DNA from: an uncultured Pelagibacteraceae bacterium
GTDB lineage: Bacteria > Pseudomonadota > Alphaproteobacteria > Pelagibacterales > AG-422-B15
DNA: 64,000 nt
Direction of reading: 5' to 3'
Assembly: GCA_902584815.1 (NCBI GenBank)
Contig: CACIBF010000001.1
Location: 9,653-73,652, forward strand
A program made the translations under genes and the position numbers. The notes beneath the pieces are model-generated. The model saw only the letters and a list, made by a program, of their open reading frames with translations. It was not told the origin of the DNA and did no database searches. This document shows positions 49,692-62,573 of the stretch, in pieces; within the stretch, counting starts at the first letter, position 1, and each line of letters opens with the position of its first letter.

Positions 49692-50291
49692 ATGAGCAGT
49701 CCTATTGATTTAGTCGTTCAGACTATAAGTGAAAAAATAAATCCTATTGATGTTAAGGTTATCAATAATCAAATTGAGATTATTATTGAGCCAAGACAGA
49801 TAATTTCAAGCTTTCAGTTTTTAAAAGATAGCTCAAAGTGTCAGTTTCGACAGTTAACAGATATTGCTGGCGTTGATTATCCTGATAGAGAAAATAGATT
49901 TGAAGTTGTATATCATTTATTAAGTTTTAAAAATAATCTAAGAGCTCGAGTTAAGGTTTATATTGATGAAGGTTCAGCAATAGATAGTCTTACGTCTGTA
50001 TTCCCATGTGCAAATTGGTTTGAAAGAGAAGCTTTTGATATGTACGGAATCCAATTCAATGATCATCCAGATCTGAGGAGAATTCTAACCGACTATGGTT
50101 TTGAAGGTTATCCATTAAGAAAAGATTTCCCTTTAAGTGGCAATGTTGAGGTTCGATACAATGAAATTGAAAAGAAGATTGTATATGAACCTGTAAAGCT
50201 ACAACAAGACTATCGTCATTTTGATATTCAAAGCCCTTGGGAAGGAACTACGTATAAAGAGGAAGAGCAGGACGGCAATGGCGGAAAGTAA
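49692..50291 (+). CDS. nuoC: NADH-quinone oxidoreductase subunit C
   Basis: 30-kDa subunit motif [14 protein letters not shown]. Confidence 0.94.
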   Translation: MSSPIDLVVQTISEKINPIDVKVINNQIEIIIEPRQIISSFQFLKDSSKCQFRQLTDIAGVDYPDRENRFEVVYHLLSFKNNLRARVKVYIDEGSAIDSLTSVFPCANWFEREAFDMYGIQFNDHPDLRRILTDYGFEGYPLRKDFPLSGNVEVRYNEIEKKIVYEPVKLQQDYRHFDIQSPWEGTTYKEEEQDGNGGK

Positions 50292-51450
50292 AACAGTCAC
50301 TGTAAATTTTGGCCCTGTTCATCCAGCTGCTCACGGAGTTCTAAGATTAATTTTAGACCTCGATGGAGAAGTTGTTGAAAGAGCTGATCCTCATATCGGT
50401 CTTTTACATCGTGGTACTGAAAAGCTAATTGAAACTAAAACTTATTTACAAGCTATCCCATATTTTGATCGACTTGATTATGTAGCGCCAATGAACCAAG
50501 AGCATGCATTTGCTCTAGCAATTGAAAAGTTAATGAAGGTAGATGTTCCCAAAAGAGGGCAGTATATTAGAGTTCTTTTTTCTGAGATTGGACGTCTTTT
50601 AAGTCATTTATTAAATGTGACGACAACAGCTATGGACGTTGGCGCAATGACACCTATCACATGGGGATTTGATGAAAGAGAAAAGCTTCTAGACTTTTAT
50701 GAAGAAGTCTCTGGTTCTCGTTTTCATGCAAATTATTTTAGAGCCGGAGGTGTTCATCAAGACTTGCCAGATGGACTTCTAGAAAAGATAAATGATTTCT
50801 GTATATCATTTCCTAAAGTTGTTGATGATATGGAAACACTGCTAACTGAAAATAGAATATTCAAACAGCGTAATGTTGATATTGGCAAAATCTCAAAAGA
50901 AGAAGCTGTTGATAACGGTTTTAGTGGTTTTGTGCTAAGGGCATCTGGAGTGCCATGGGATTTAAGACGATCTCAACCTTATGATTCTTATGAAGACTTT
51001 GATTTTAAAGTTCCAATTGGAAAAAATGGTGATTGTTATGATCGCTATTTATGTCAAATGGATGAGATGAGAGAGAGCGTAAAAATTATGACACAGTGCA
51101 TTAACAACATGCCGAGTGGAGAAGTCATTAATAGGGATACTAAAATAGCTCCCCCAAAACGGGCTGAGATGAAAGAGTCAATGGAAGCCATTATTCATCA
51201 CTTTAAATTTTTTACTGAAGGCTTTCATGTTCCTGAAGGTGAAATTTATACAGCTGTAGAGGCTCCAAAGGGAGAGTTTGGAGTATACTTAATTTCAGAT
51301 AATACAAGTAGGCCTTATCGATGCAAAATTAGAGCTCCTGGATTTGCTCATTTACAAGCGTTCAATCTATTATCAAAAGGACATTTGCTAGCAGATGTTC
51401 CTGCGATACTAGGATCTCTAGCAATTGTGTTTGGGGAAGTTGATAGATAG
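50278..51450 (+). CDS. nuoD: NADH-quinone oxidoreductase subunit D
   Basis: Start at ATG 50278 ([24 protein letters not shown]). The ORF-track start at 50221 lies inside nuoC. Confidence 0.95.
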   Translation: MAESKTVTVNFGPVHPAAHGVLRLILDLDGEVVERADPHIGLLHRGTEKLIETKTYLQAIPYFDRLDYVAPMNQEHAFALAIEKLMKVDVPKRGQYIRVLFSEIGRLLSHLLNVTTTAMDVGAMTPITWGFDEREKLLDFYEEVSGSRFHANYFRAGGVHQDLPDGLLEKINDFCISFPKVVDDMETLLTENRIFKQRNVDIGKISKEEAVDNGFSGFVLRASGVPWDLRRSQPYDSYEDFDFKVPIGKNGDCYDRYLCQMDEMRESVKIMTQCINNMPSGEVINRDTKIAPPKRAEMKESMEAIIHHFKFFTEGFHVPEGEIYTAVEAPKGEFGVYLISDNTSRPYRCKIRAPGFAHLQAFNLLSKGHLLADVPAILGSLAIVFGEVDR

Positions 51451-52011
51451 ATGACTGAAACATTTTCATTTAATGCTGAAAGTTTAGATAAAGTAAAGTT
51501 TGAACTCAGTAAATATCCTGAAGATCGAAAACAAAGCGCTGTGATGTCTATGCTAGATATTGCTCAAAGACAAAATGGTGGCTGGCTTAGCAAGTCAGCA
51601 ATTGAGCATGTAGCTTCACATCTTGAGATGCCTTACATAAAAGTTTATGAAATAGTTACATTCTATTCAATGTATTATACAACGCCAGTTGGAAAATACT
51701 TTGTTCAAGTATGTACCACTACACCTTGTTGGTTAAAAGGTTCCGATGAAGTGGTAAAAGCATGTAAAGAGACTATTTCTGAAAAACAAAATGAATTATC
51801 TAATGATGGATTATTTTCATGGATGGAAGTGGAGTGTTTGGGGGCATGCGTTAATGCGCCCTTAGTTCAAATCAACGACGATTTTTATGAAGACTTAAAC
51901 TATGAAAACACAAAAAATGTACTGCAGTCATTTATTGATGGAAATCCATCTCCTATAGGATCTCAAACAGGCCGCAAAGGTTCAAGAGCGGAGGAATATG
52001 TTAAAAGCTAA
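51451..52011 (+). CDS. nuoE: NADH-quinone oxidoreductase subunit E
   Basis: 2Fe-2S ligands VCTTTPC and ECLGAC. Confidence 0.94.
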   Translation: MTETFSFNAESLDKVKFELSKYPEDRKQSAVMSMLDIAQRQNGGWLSKSAIEHVASHLEMPYIKVYEIVTFYSMYYTTPVGKYFVQVCTTTPCWLKGSDEVVKACKETISEKQNELSNDGLFSWMEVECLGACVNAPLVQINDDFYEDLNYENTKNVLQSFIDGNPSPIGSQTGRKGSRAEEYVKS

Positions 52012-53269
52012 AGATAAAATTTTTACTAATTTGTTTGGGGATCAATCTTATTCTCTTAGAGAAGCTCAGTCTCGAGGAGATTGGGATCAGACGAGTAATT
52101 TTATTAATAAAGGATCAGATTGGATAATAGACGAAGTAAAAAAATCTGAGCTGCGTGGACGAGGTGGTGCAGGGTTTCCCACGGGTTTAAAATGGTCTTT
52201 TATGCCAAAGGACGTAAACAAAAATAATTATTTAGTTGTGAATGCTGATGAGTCAGAACCTGGTACCTGCAAAGATAGAGACATGATTAGAAACGAACCC
52301 CATAAACTTCTTGAAGGATGTCTTCTGGCTGGTTTTGCAATGAATGCACACGATTGTTATATTTATATTCGAGGTGAATATTTCAACGAGAGTGTTGTCT
52401 TACAAAAAGCAATTGATGAAGCATATGAGGCTGGTCTTATTGGAAAGAACGCATGCAACTCAGGATGGGATTTTAACATTTATCTCCATAGAGGAGCTGG
52501 AGCGTATATTTGTGGAGAAGAAACAGCTCTTCTTGAAAGTCTTGAAGGGAAAAAAGGTCAACCAAGGCTTAAGCCTCCTTTCCCAGCTAATAAAGGCTTA
52601 TATGGATCACCGACAACAGTTAATAATGTTGAAACGATAGCCGTTGTACCTACAGTATTACGCAGAGGTGGATCTTGGTTTAGTTCTCTTGGAAAAACTA
52701 AAAATACCGGTACGAAAGTCTTCTGTATATCAGGACACGTAAATACTCCGTGTAATATTGAAGAAGAAATGGGCATACCTTTAAAAGAGCTTATAGAAAA
52801 ACATGCTGGGGGCGTGCGAGGTGGTTGGAATAATTTAAAAGCTATTATTCCAGGTGGATCCTCTGTTCCAATGATACCAAAGTCAGTTTGTGACAGTGTT
52901 TCGATGGATTTTGACTCGCTGTCTTCTGTAAAGAGTGGCTTAGGAACAGCAGCTGTCATTGTTATGGATCAATCAACAGATCTTGTAAAAGCAATAGCTC
53001 GAATATCTAGATTTTATAAGCATGAAAGTTGTGGTCAATGTACTCCATGTAGAGAGGGTACTGGATGGATGTGGAGGATGATGGAAAAAATTGCAGCAGG
53101 TGAAGCCAGCCCTGGTGAAATCGATCGATTACTAGATGTTACAAAGCAGGTTGAAGGTCATACGATTTGCGCACTAGGTGATGCTGCGGCATGGCCAATT
53201 CAAGGTTTATTCCGACATTTTAGGGATGAAATAGAAGAGCAGTTAATAAAAAAAATTAGAGCGGCGTAA
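51998..53269 (+). CDS. nuoF: NADH-quinone oxidoreductase subunit F
   Basis: FMN site [10 protein letters not shown] and N3 cluster [12 protein letters not shown]. Confidence 0.96.
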   Translation: MLKAKDKIFTNLFGDQSYSLREAQSRGDWDQTSNFINKGSDWIIDEVKKSELRGRGGAGFPTGLKWSFMPKDVNKNNYLVVNADESEPGTCKDRDMIRNEPHKLLEGCLLAGFAMNAHDCYIYIRGEYFNESVVLQKAIDEAYEAGLIGKNACNSGWDFNIYLHRGAGAYICGEETALLESLEGKKGQPRLKPPFPANKGLYGSPTTVNNVETIAVVPTVLRRGGSWFSSLGKTKNTGTKVFCISGHVNTPCNIEEEMGIPLKELIEKHAGGVRGGWNNLKAIIPGGSSVPMIPKSVCDSVSMDFDSLSSVKSGLGTAAVIVMDQSTDLVKAIARISRFYKHESCGQCTPCREGTGWMWRMMEKIAAGEASPGEIDRLLDVTKQVEGHTICALGDAAAWPIQGLFRHFRDEIEEQLIKKIRAA

Positions 53270-55326
53270 TGGCAAAAGTCAAAGTTGATGGAACAGAAAT
53301 TGAAGTTCGTGATGACATGACGATACTTCAAGCGTGTGAGGAAGCTGGTAAAGAAATACCTAGATTCTGTTACCATGATCGCTTGTCTATCGCGGGAAAT
53401 TGTCGAATGTGTCTCGTTGATGTAGAAGGATCACCCAAACCTGTAGCGTCTTGTGCTATGCCAGTAAATGAGGGAATGTCAATTCATACCAATACACAAA
53501 AAGTAAAAAAAGCCAGAGAGGGCGTGATGGAGTTTTTGTTGATCAATCACCCTTTGGATTGTCCTGTATGTGATCAAGGTGGAGAGTGTGATCTACAAGA
53601 CCAAACTGTTGCTTATGGCTCTGGTAAATCAAGATTCGATTTAAACAAACGTTCAGTCGAAGAAAAATATATGGGTCCTTTGATCAAAACATATATGACA
53701 CGATGTATTCATTGTACCAGATGTATTCGGTTTTCAGAGGAAGTTGCTGGAGTTGAAGAAATAGGAGCGGTAAATCGTGGTGAGAATATGGAAATTACTA
53801 CCTATCTCGAAAAGTCGATTGACTCTGAAATGTCAGCAAACGTTATTGATCTCTGTCCAGTGGGAGCACTAACATCAAAACCTTATCAATTTGAAGCAAG
53901 ACCATGGGAACTAAAAAAAACTGAAACAATCGATGTCATGGATGCAGTGGGCTCAAATATAAGAGTTGATACTTATGGATGGAAAGTTAAGCGAATACTT
54001 CCACGTTTGAATGAAGATATTAATGAAGAATGGATCTCTGATAAATCCAGATATGCTTGTGATGGTTTATTGAATCAGAGACTAGATACCCCTTATGTAA
54101 GGCATGATGGAAATCTGAACGCCACTGAGTGGAATGATGCGTTAAATGAGTGTTTGTTATCTATGAAAAATCACGAACCCGATGAAATTGCTTTTCTTGT
54201 GGGAGATTTCATTGATCTTGAAACATCATATTTAATTAAACAACTTTCAGAATCATTAAATATTAAAAAAATTGAATGTAGGCAAGAAGGGGTGAGACTT
54301 CCATATTCAGATCGTTCCCAATATCTATTTAATTCAACAATTAATGGAATTGAGGAAAGCGACTGCATATTAATAATCGGTAGCAATGTCAGGGAAGAAG
54401 CTCCTATAATAAATACTCGAATACGAAAGCACTTATTGAATAAAAATATTCCTATTGGATTGATTGGTGAAAAATTTGACCTTACTTTTGATTATGAATA
54501 TTTAGGAAATGACCTGAATATCTTAAAATCTATTTCTGATGGTGAAAATAATTTTTGTAAGATTCTAGGCAAAGCAAAAAAGCCAATGATTATTATTGGT
54601 CAATCAGTATTGAATCGTGATGATAGTCTTAATGCTTATTCACTAATAGAAGATATTATTCATCAATATTCTTTCTTAGATACTTCGTGGAACGGTGTAA
54701 ATACCCTTCAATTATCAGCATCAAGAATTGGTGCGTTAGATATGGGCTGTTATCAATCTAGCAGATCATTAAAAGATATATATGCAGATGCAGAGAGTGG
54801 GTCTTTAAAACTTTTATTTTCATTTGGGGCGGATGAGATTGATTATAGTAAATTTCAAAACACAAAAATTATTTACATGGGCTCACATGGGGATAGAGGC
54901 GCAAGTAATGCAGACTTAATTCTTCCTTCTGCAGCTTACACTGAAAAAGACGCAATTTATATTAACACTGAAGGCAGACTTCAATATGCCTATCAGGCAA
55001 GTTTTCCACCAAGTGAGGCAAAAACTGATTGGAAAATTATTAATCAAATTAGTGAAATGCTTAATTTGAATTGGGGTTTTGTGACATTGGACGATGTTCG
55101 TAAAAAAATTAAAAATCAATATCCAGATTTATTTAATCAAGTATCTGCTGATAGGCCTTATAAAAGATTGCTTGCAAATAAAGCATCAAAAATCTCATTT
55201 GATAATAAAGAAATTGGATCAATCATTAAAGATTTTTACTTAACTGACTCAATATCAAGATTATCTAAAACTATGGCCGAATGTAGTCAAATCCGTAAAG
55301 AGTTAAGAAATGGAAAAGCTATATGA
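53269..55326 (+). CDS. nuoG: NADH-quinone oxidoreductase subunit G
   Basis: 685 aa. [29 protein letters not shown] and CIHCTRC. Confidence 0.95.
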   Translation: MAKVKVDGTEIEVRDDMTILQACEEAGKEIPRFCYHDRLSIAGNCRMCLVDVEGSPKPVASCAMPVNEGMSIHTNTQKVKKAREGVMEFLLINHPLDCPVCDQGGECDLQDQTVAYGSGKSRFDLNKRSVEEKYMGPLIKTYMTRCIHCTRCIRFSEEVAGVEEIGAVNRGENMEITTYLEKSIDSEMSANVIDLCPVGALTSKPYQFEARPWELKKTETIDVMDAVGSNIRVDTYGWKVKRILPRLNEDINEEWISDKSRYACDGLLNQRLDTPYVRHDGNLNATEWNDALNECLLSMKNHEPDEIAFLVGDFIDLETSYLIKQLSESLNIKKIECRQEGVRLPYSDRSQYLFNSTINGIEESDCILIIGSNVREEAPIINTRIRKHLLNKNIPIGLIGEKFDLTFDYEYLGNDLNILKSISDGENNFCKILGKAKKPMIIIGQSVLNRDDSLNAYSLIEDIIHQYSFLDTSWNGVNTLQLSASRIGALDMGCYQSSRSLKDIYADAESGSLKLLFSFGADEIDYSKFQNTKIIYMGSHGDRGASNADLILPSAAYTEKDAIYINTEGRLQYAYQASFPPSEAKTDWKIINQISEMLNLNWGFVTLDDVRKKIKNQYPDLFNQVSADRPYKRLLANKASKISFDNKEIGSIIKDFYLTDSISRLSKTMAECSQIRKELRNGKAI

Positions 55327-56339
55327 TAGCTCTCATTTCTGAGAATCTTTTTCATTTATTTTTTATTGTTGGTCTCTGTCTTCTTATTTTTGTTCCATTG
55401 CTTTTAGGTGTAGTCATCGTTTTATTTGCAGATAGAAAAATATGGGCAGCTGTTCAAAAAAGAAAGGGACCAAATGTAGTTGGACCTTTTGGTTTATTTC
55501 AAATACCAGCCGATGGATTAAAATTTTTATTTAAAGAAATCATTATTCCAGATGGAGCTGATAAAACTGTTTATTTTATTGCACCAATATTAACTTCGAC
55601 GTTAGCAATAGCAGCTTGGGCTGTTATTCCTATTCAAGAAAATATTGTTTTATCTGATATAAATGTTGGAGTTTTATATATATTTGCTATGAGCTCTTTG
55701 GGTATTTATGGAATCCTGATGGCTGGTTGGGCATCAAATAGTAAATACCCCTTTTTAGGGGCGTTACGATCTGCAGCTCAAATGGTTTCATATGAGGTTT
55801 CTATAGGATTTGTAATTGTAACAGTATTAATGTGTGTTGGTTCTCTAAACCTCTCAGAAATTGTTTATGCTCAAAAAAATATTTGGTTCTTTATTCCTTT
55901 GTTCCCAATGTTTGTTGTTTTTTTTATCTCAGCGCTTGCGGAAACAAACAGACCGCCGTTCGATTTACCTGAAGCAGAGTCCGAGCTTGTAGCCGGCTAT
56001 CAAACAGAATATTCCGCTATGCCATTTCTTCTTTTTTTTCTAGGTGAGTACATAAATATCTTACTGATGTGTGCAATGATGACCATCATGTTCTTTGGCG
56101 GATGGTATCCACCCATTGATGTAGCTCCATTCAACCTTATACCTGGTTTTATATGGTTTTTAGTTAAGATGATGGTGATTTTTTATATGATATCAATGGT
56201 CAAAGCCTTTGTTCCACGGTATCGATATGATCAATTAATGAGACTTGGTTGGAAAGTATTTTTGCCACTTTCATTATTAGCTGTTGTGGTTACCTCTAGC
56301 GTTTTATTTTTCTTCAATCTAGCTCCTGTATTTTCATGA
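55323..56339 (+). CDS. nuoH: NADH-quinone oxidoreductase subunit H
   Basis: 8 [23 protein letters not shown]. Confidence 0.95.
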   Translation: MIALISENLFHLFFIVGLCLLIFVPLLLGVVIVLFADRKIWAAVQKRKGPNVVGPFGLFQIPADGLKFLFKEIIIPDGADKTVYFIAPILTSTLAIAAWAVIPIQENIVLSDINVGVLYIFAMSSLGIYGILMAGWASNSKYPFLGALRSAAQMVSYEVSIGFVIVTVLMCVGSLNLSEIVYAQKNIWFFIPLFPMFVVFFISALAETNRPPFDLPEAESELVAGYQTEYSAMPFLLFFLGEYINILLMCAMMTIMFFGGWYPPIDVAPFNLIPGFIWFLVKMMVIFYMISMVKAFVPRYRYDQLMRLGWKVFLPLSLLAVVVTSSVLFFFNLAPVFS

Positions 56340-56821
56340 AAATTATTAATTTTATAAAATCTTTTCTGCTCATCGACTTTATTAAGGCTTACATATTAGC
56401 ACAGAAATATTTCTTCAAAAAGAAAGCCACATTAAACTACCCTTATGAACGTGGAAAATTAAGCCCAAGGTTTAGAGGAGAACATGCTTTGAGGCGATAC
56501 CCAAGTGGTGAAGAACGATGTATTGGGTGCAAATTATGTGAGGCAGTTTGTCCAGCTCAAGCCATAACCATTGAATCTGAACCACGAGATGATGGAACGA
56601 GAAGAACAACTAGATATGATATTGATATGGTAAAATGTATTTATTGTGGATTATGTGAAGAATCTTGTCCGGTAGATGCAATTGTTCAAGGACCTAATTT
56701 TGAATTTTCCACTGAAACTAGAAAAGAACTTTATTATACAAAAGAGAAGCTCTTAGATAATGGTGATAAGTGGGAAAGCGCAATTGCCGAAAATCTAAAA
56801 AAAGATGCGGAGTATAGATAG
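56336..56821 (+). CDS. nuoI: NADH-quinone oxidoreductase subunit I
   Basis: Two ferredoxin motifs, [12 protein letters not shown] and [12 protein letters not shown]. Confidence 0.96.
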   Translation: MKIINFIKSFLLIDFIKAYILAQKYFFKKKATLNYPYERGKLSPRFRGEHALRRYPSGEERCIGCKLCEAVCPAQAITIESEPRDDGTRRTTRYDIDMVKCIYCGLCEESCPVDAIVQGPNFEFSTETRKELYYTKEKLLDNGDKWESAIAENLKKDAEYR

Positions 56822-56824
56822 AAA

Positions 56825-57445
56825 ATGACAGCATCCTTGTTATCATTTTATATATTTTCAACTGTTATTCTTCTTTCTTCTTTGATGGTGATTACCTCAA
56901 AAAATCCAGTTCATTCAGTATTATTTTTAATTTTAACATTCTTTAATGGCGCAGGGCTTTTTATAATTTTACATGCTGAGTTTCTGGCAATGATTTTAAT
57001 TATCGTTTACGTAGGAGCTGTCGCAGTTTTATTTTTATTTGTTGTTATGATGTTAGATTTTAAAATAAGCCTCGATAAGAATAATATTCTTCAATATTTA
57101 CCAATTGGATTTTTTGTTGGTGTGGTTTTTATATCTGAACTAATTATAGTTCTCATTAATACCAAATTTGATCTCTCAAATATTCAAATCTTAGTTAATC
57201 CAATGATAAAATTTGAAAATTTAACAAATACAGAGGCTATTGGGTCCATCCTATACACAGATTATATTTTATATTTTCAACTTTCTGGCGTTATTTTACT
57301 TGTTGCCATGATTGGTTCAATTGTTTTGACTCTAAGGACTCGTGAGGGCGTAAAAAGACAATCAATTCAATCTCAATTAGATCGTAATTATAAATCAACC
57401 ATAACGATGGTTGATCCTAAATCAAATGAAGGAGTTGATATATAA
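56825..57445 (+). CDS. nuoJ: NADH-quinone oxidoreductase subunit J
   Basis: 206 aa, 5 TM, correct position in the operon. Confidence 0.9.
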   Translation: MTASLLSFYIFSTVILLSSLMVITSKNPVHSVLFLILTFFNGAGLFIILHAEFLAMILIIVYVGAVAVLFLFVVMMLDFKISLDKNNILQYLPIGFFVGVVFISELIIVLINTKFDLSNIQILVNPMIKFENLTNTEAIGSILYTDYILYFQLSGVILLVAMIGSIVLTLRTREGVKRQSIQSQLDRNYKSTITMVDPKSNEGVDI

Positions 57446-57750
57446 TGATTGAATTAAATCAGTTTTTAATATTGTCAGCACTTCTTTTTAGCATCGGGGT
57501 TATTGGTATATTTCTCAACAGAAAAAACGTAATAATTATATTAATGTCAATTGAGATCATTCTTCTATCAGTCAATATCAATCTAGTTTCTTTTTCATAT
57601 TTCTTAGGTGATCTTACAGGACAAATAATTTCTTTATTTGTTTTAACTGTTGCTGCTGCTGAAGCCGCAATAGGTTTAGCAATATTGGTGATATATAATA
57701 GAAATGCTGGGACTATTGAAATTGAGAAAATCAATAGCTTGAAAGGATGA
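57445..57750 (+). CDS. nuoK: NADH-quinone oxidoreductase subunit K
   Basis: 101 aa, 3 [18 protein letters not shown]. Confidence 0.93.
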   Translation: MIELNQFLILSALLFSIGVIGIFLNRKNVIIILMSIEIILLSVNINLVSFSYFLGDLTGQIISLFVLTVAAAEAAIGLAILVIYNRNAGTIEIEKINSLKG

Positions 57751-57757
57751 TGTTATA

Positions 57758-59680
57758 ATGATTCACTCGATTGTTCTTTTGCCTCTTTTTGGTTTTGTTA
57801 TTTCTTGTTTATTTTCTTTCTTTAAGAGTGACCAAACAATAGATCGTATCACTCAAATTGTTACGTCTTTATTTATTTCAATTTCAGCGATTTTATCATT
57901 TTATTTATTTGTTATTAATCTATCAGACCCCCAAGTATACAAGTTTACTTTATTTACTTGGATCACATCTGGCGACCTTTCTGTAAACTGGTCTTTGTAT
58001 ATTGATGCTGTAACAAGAGTAATGCTCGTTGTTATAACTTCTGTTTCAGCTCTTGTTCATATTTATTCAATTGGCTATATGTCTCATGACAATAGTAAGC
58101 CAAGATTTATGGGATATTTATCATTGTTTACATTTGCAATGATTATGCTGGTTACAGCAGATAATTTCTTACAATTGTTTTTTGGATGGGAGGGCGTCGG
58201 TCTTGCTTCTTATCTTCTTATTGGCTTCTGGTATAAAAAACCTTCAGCTAATGCTGCTGCAATTAAAGCATTTATTGTTAATCGTGTAGGAGATTTTGGT
58301 TTAGCGCTTGGTATCTTTACAATTTATATAGTTTTCGGTTCTATTGATTATCAAGTTGTTTTTGAAAATGCAGAAAAATTTAATGAAACAAATTTCAACT
58401 TTATTGGATACGATATTAATGCAATTACATTAATTTGCTTTCTTTTATTTATTGGTGCCATGGGAAAATCAGCTCAGTTATTCCTTCATACATGGTTACC
58501 GGATGCAATGGAGGGACCAACACCTGTATCAGCTTTAATCCATGCGGCTACGATGGTCACAGCCGGCGTTTTCTTAGTAGTGAGATGTTCTCCTCTTTTT
58601 GATCTATCAGTGGAAGCCTCTTCATTTGTAACTTTAGTAGGTGCGTCCACAGCTTTCTTTGCTGCTACAATTGGTCTAGTTCAAAATGATATCAAGCGTG
58701 TAATTGCATACTCGACCTGCAGTCAATTGGGCTACATGTTTTTTGCAGCAGGCTTAGGCGCTTACGGTGCTGCGATGTTCCATTTATTTACTCATGCATT
58801 TTTCAAAGCATTACTCTTTCTAGGTGCCGGTTCGGTAATACACTCAGTTCATGAAGAGCAAGATATAAGAAAAATGGGTGGAATATATATCTTTACTCCA
58901 TTAACACATGCCATGATGGTAGTTGGTACTATTTCCTTAATGGGATTTCCATTTACATCTGGCTTTTATTCAAAGGACGCCATAATAGAGGCAGCATACT
59001 TATCTGATGCCATGTTTTCTAATTATGCATATTTTTTAGGAACATTGGGTGTTGTCATGACATCATTTTATTCTTGGAGATTGATGTTCCTTACATTTAA
59101 TGGAAGCACTAGAATGGAAGAGCAGAAATTTAGAGAAGTCCATGAGTCACCGTATGTAATGTTAATGCCTTTATTTATTCTTGCAATTGGCGCTCTATCA
59201 TTTGGATATATTTTTAAGTCATATTTCATTGGAGGAGCAAGTGTTGAATTTTGGGATCATTCAATTGCTATTCATCATCATGAGCATCACCATATACCTT
59301 TCTTAATATACTATCTTCCTGCAATGCTTGGAGTTCTTGGCTTTATTATTGCTTGGTACATGTATTTAAAAAATACAAAATTACCAGCTGCTTTGGCCTC
59401 TTTAAATGAGCCTTTGTATAAATTCTTGCTTAATAAATGGTATTTTGATGAACTTTATCACTACGTTTTTGTGATCCCTGCAAGGGGTATTGGTAAATTT
59501 TTCTGGAAAATAATTGACGGCTATTTTATTGATGGTTTCGGTCCAAATGGTATCGCTAACATGGTATTAAAGATATCTGAAAGAGCAAGAAGTATTCAAA
59601 CAGGCTTCATTTACCATTATGCATTTTCAATTTTGATCGGCCTGTCTTTTCTTATTACTTATTTTATTTTTGTTATTTAA
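57758..59680 (+). CDS. nuoL: NADH-quinone oxidoreductase subunit L
   Basis: 640 aa antiporter-like subunit. WEGVGLASYLLIGFW and HTWLPDAMEGPTPVSALIHAATMV. Confidence 0.95.
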   Translation: MIHSIVLLPLFGFVISCLFSFFKSDQTIDRITQIVTSLFISISAILSFYLFVINLSDPQVYKFTLFTWITSGDLSVNWSLYIDAVTRVMLVVITSVSALVHIYSIGYMSHDNSKPRFMGYLSLFTFAMIMLVTADNFLQLFFGWEGVGLASYLLIGFWYKKPSANAAAIKAFIVNRVGDFGLALGIFTIYIVFGSIDYQVVFENAEKFNETNFNFIGYDINAITLICFLLFIGAMGKSAQLFLHTWLPDAMEGPTPVSALIHAATMVTAGVFLVVRCSPLFDLSVEASSFVTLVGASTAFFAATIGLVQNDIKRVIAYSTCSQLGYMFFAAGLGAYGAAMFHLFTHAFFKALLFLGAGSVIHSVHEEQDIRKMGGIYIFTPLTHAMMVVGTISLMGFPFTSGFYSKDAIIEAAYLSDAMFSNYAYFLGTLGVVMTSFYSWRLMFLTFNGSTRMEEQKFREVHESPYVMLMPLFILAIGALSFGYIFKSYFIGGASVEFWDHSIAIHHHEHHHIPFLIYYLPAMLGVLGFIIAWYMYLKNTKLPAALASLNEPLYKFLLNKWYFDELYHYVFVIPARGIGKFFWKIIDGYFIDGFGPNGIANMVLKISERARSIQTGFIYHYAFSILIGLSFLITYFIFVI

Positions 59681-61159
59681 ATGAATGAATTGCCCATCTT
59701 ATCTATCTTATTAGTCTTACCTGTTATAGGTATTTTACTCTTAACATTTATATCAAATAATTCAGAGAGTGATGTCAATTTAAAGCAAACTGCTCTTTGG
59801 GTATCTTTTTTAAATTTTATTATCTCATTAGTTGTCTTATTCAATTTTAATAAAGTTGATCCCAATTTTCAATTTGTAGAAAAATATTATTGGCTTGGTG
59901 ATACCATTAGTTATCATTTAGGAGTTGATGGTATTTCAATATTATTTGTTGTCTTAACAACGTTCCTAGTTCCAATCTGTATATTAGCCAGTTACAACAA
60001 TATTAAATTTTCAATGAAAGAATATCTTATCGCTTTTCTAGCTTTAGAAACTTTCATGATTGGCGTTTTTATATCAATGGATTTGATATTATTTTACCTT
60101 TTCTTTGAAGGCGGCTTAATCCCAATGTTCTTAATTATTGGTATTTGGGGAGGTGAAAGAAGAATTTATTCAACATTTAAGTTTTTTCTTTATACCCTAG
60201 CAGGTTCTGTTTTCATGCTTTTGGCTGTCATATTTATGTACTGGGAAGTTGGAACGTCAAGCATACCAGTTTTATTACAGCATGAGTTTAGCTATGATGC
60301 TCAGATTATTTTATGGCTTGCTTTTTTTGCATCCTTTGTTGTCAAAATTCCTATGTGGCCATTTCATACATGGTTGCCTGATGCACACGTTGAAGCTCCG
60401 ACTGCAGGATCAGTAATACTGGCTGGTGTCTTATTAAAATTAGCTGGCTATGGATTTATTCGTTTCTCAATTACAATGTTTCCTGATGCATCTCACTATT
60501 TTGCCCCTATGATTTATGCATTAAGTATAATAGCCATTATTTTCACATCATTGATTGCACTTGTTCAGGAAGATATGAAAAAGTTGATAGCATATTCATC
60601 TGTTGCCCATATGGGCTTTGTCACATTGGGCATATTTACTTTCACAATTCAAGGCATTGAAGGCGCTATTATACAAATGATTAGTCATGGAATTGTTTCT
60701 GCGGCATTATTTCTATGTGTTGGTGTGGTATATGATAGAATACATACAAGAGAAATAGAGAGATATGGCGGACTTGTTAATAGAATGCCACTGTACTCCT
60801 TTTCATTCATGATTTTTATCCTTGCTAGTCTTGGGTTGCCAGGAACAAGTGGCTTTGTTGGTGAATTCTTAGTTTTACTATCTATTTTTTCTGTAAATAC
60901 TTATTTTGCTGTTTTTGCAACAACGGGCGTTGTTTTAGCTGCCACTTATTCTTTATGGCTATATCGAAAAATTATTTTTGGCCAATTAATAAAGGATGAT
61001 TTAAAGGATATCTTAGATTTATCGTCCCGAGAAATTATAATTTTTGTTCCATTGATATTGCTTACACTTTTAATTGGTATTTATCCCATACCAGTCTTAG
61101 AGATTATTGAGCCGTCAAGTCAACTAACTCTAGAAATAATAAATGGAAAGATGAATTAA
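59681..61159 (+). CDS. nuoM: NADH-quinone oxidoreductase subunit M
   Basis: 492 aa. HTWLPDAHVEAPTAGSVILAGVLLK. Confidence 0.95.
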   Translation: MNELPILSILLVLPVIGILLLTFISNNSESDVNLKQTALWVSFLNFIISLVVLFNFNKVDPNFQFVEKYYWLGDTISYHLGVDGISILFVVLTTFLVPICILASYNNIKFSMKEYLIAFLALETFMIGVFISMDLILFYLFFEGGLIPMFLIIGIWGGERRIYSTFKFFLYTLAGSVFMLLAVIFMYWEVGTSSIPVLLQHEFSYDAQIILWLAFFASFVVKIPMWPFHTWLPDAHVEAPTAGSVILAGVLLKLAGYGFIRFSITMFPDASHYFAPMIYALSIIAIIFTSLIALVQEDMKKLIAYSSVAHMGFVTLGIFTFTIQGIEGAIIQMISHGIVSAALFLCVGVVYDRIHTREIERYGGLVNRMPLYSFSFMIFILASLGLPGTSGFVGEFLVLLSIFSVNTYFAVFATTGVVLAATYSLWLYRKIIFGQLIKDDLKDILDLSSREIIIFVPLILLTLLIGIYPIPVLEIIEPSSQLTLEIINGKMN

Positions 61160-62568
61160 TGGGTGTTTTCACTATTATATTACCAGAAATATTTCTGTTT
61201 TTGTCATCAACGCTTTTATTGATGGTAGGGTTATTTTATAAAAGAGTAAATATTATAAACTTACTCACTTTCTCGATACTTATTTTAACAGCTGTGCTTG
61301 TTATTTATCAACCATCTTCATTTGGCTTTAATAATAGTTTTGTGAATGATGAGTTTTCAAAAACAATAAAGGTGTTAATACTTATAGGTTCAGCTTCTAC
61401 TTTATTAATGTTTTCTCCATCAAGAAGAAAAATAAATATTGATATATATGAATTTCCAATTTTAATTAGTTTTGCGTCACTTGGTATGATGGTAATGGTT
61501 TCATCCAATGATTTATTGGCAATGTTTATAGGATTAGAATTGCAAAGCTTAAGCCTGTATGTCTTAGCTTCGTTAAATAGAAATAGCCTACAGTCTTCAG
61601 AGTCTGGTATAAAATACTTTATACTTGGGGCTCTTTCATCTGGTTTGCTTCTATTTGGAATCTCTTACATTTATGGGTTTACAGGCAATACAAATTTTAG
61701 CTTAATTTCAGCTACGTATGATAAAGATAGCTTGGGACTTCTAATAGGTATTGTTTTTGTATGTTCAGGTTTAGCATTTAAAGTTTCTGCGGTTCCATTT
61801 CATATGTGGACACCCGATGTTTATCAAGGTGCGCCAACACCTGTCACAGGTTTTTTTGCATTAGCTCCAAAGATTGCAGCAGTAGCAATATTTCTTAGGT
61901 TTTTATATTCTTCATTCGGTGAAACAGCAGCCGAATGGCAACAAATAATAATTTTCTTATCTATTGCTTCAATGATCTTTGCAGCTTTTGCTGCTATTGC
62001 ACAATCAAATATAAAGCGATTAATGGCCTACAGTTCAATTGGTCACGTAGGTTATATTTTAATCGGAATGGCCTGTTTTAATTTTGAGGGTATCCAGTCT
62101 CTTATAATTTATTTAATCTTATACTTAGTAATGAACATTTCTGTTTTTTCATTTATTCTCATGATGAAACGAAAAGATGAATACTGTGAAAATATCAATG
62201 ATCTTTCAGGCCTTTATAAACATAATCCATTTTACGCAATTTTAATCGCTCTAAGTATGTTCTCGTTAGCAGGTATTCCGCCGCTAGCTGGGTTTTTTGG
62301 TAAATTTTATATTTTTATGTCGGCGATTAAGAGTGATTTCTACTTATTAGCTGTTGTAGGGATTGTAGCGAGCGTAGTTTCTTCATTCTATTACTTACGA
62401 ATTGTCAAAATTATATATTTTGATGAACCTTCTGAGAAGTTTGATGAATTTAATTCGAATTCTCTTAATTTACTATTTTTTATATCATCAGGAATAGTAA
62501 TTCTCTTTTTTATTTATCCAAGTCCAATACTCAATATAGGAAATTATGCGGCTAAAACATTTTTTTAA
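61159..62568 (+). CDS. nuoN: NADH-quinone oxidoreductase subunit N
   Basis: 469 aa. FHMWTPDVYQGAPTPVTGF. Confidence 0.95.
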   Translation: MGVFTIILPEIFLFLSSTLLLMVGLFYKRVNIINLLTFSILILTAVLVIYQPSSFGFNNSFVNDEFSKTIKVLILIGSASTLLMFSPSRRKINIDIYEFPILISFASLGMMVMVSSNDLLAMFIGLELQSLSLYVLASLNRNSLQSSESGIKYFILGALSSGLLLFGISYIYGFTGNTNFSLISATYDKDSLGLLIGIVFVCSGLAFKVSAVPFHMWTPDVYQGAPTPVTGFFALAPKIAAVAIFLRFLYSSFGETAAEWQQIIIFLSIASMIFAAFAAIAQSNIKRLMAYSSIGHVGYILIGMACFNFEGIQSLIIYLILYLVMNISVFSFILMMKRKDEYCENINDLSGLYKHNPFYAILIALSMFSLAGIPPLAGFFGKFYIFMSAIKSDFYLLAVVGIVASVVSSFYYLRIVKIIYFDEPSEKFDEFNSNSLNLLFFISSGIVILFFIYPSPILNIGNYAAKTFF

Positions 62569-62573
62569 TTCAG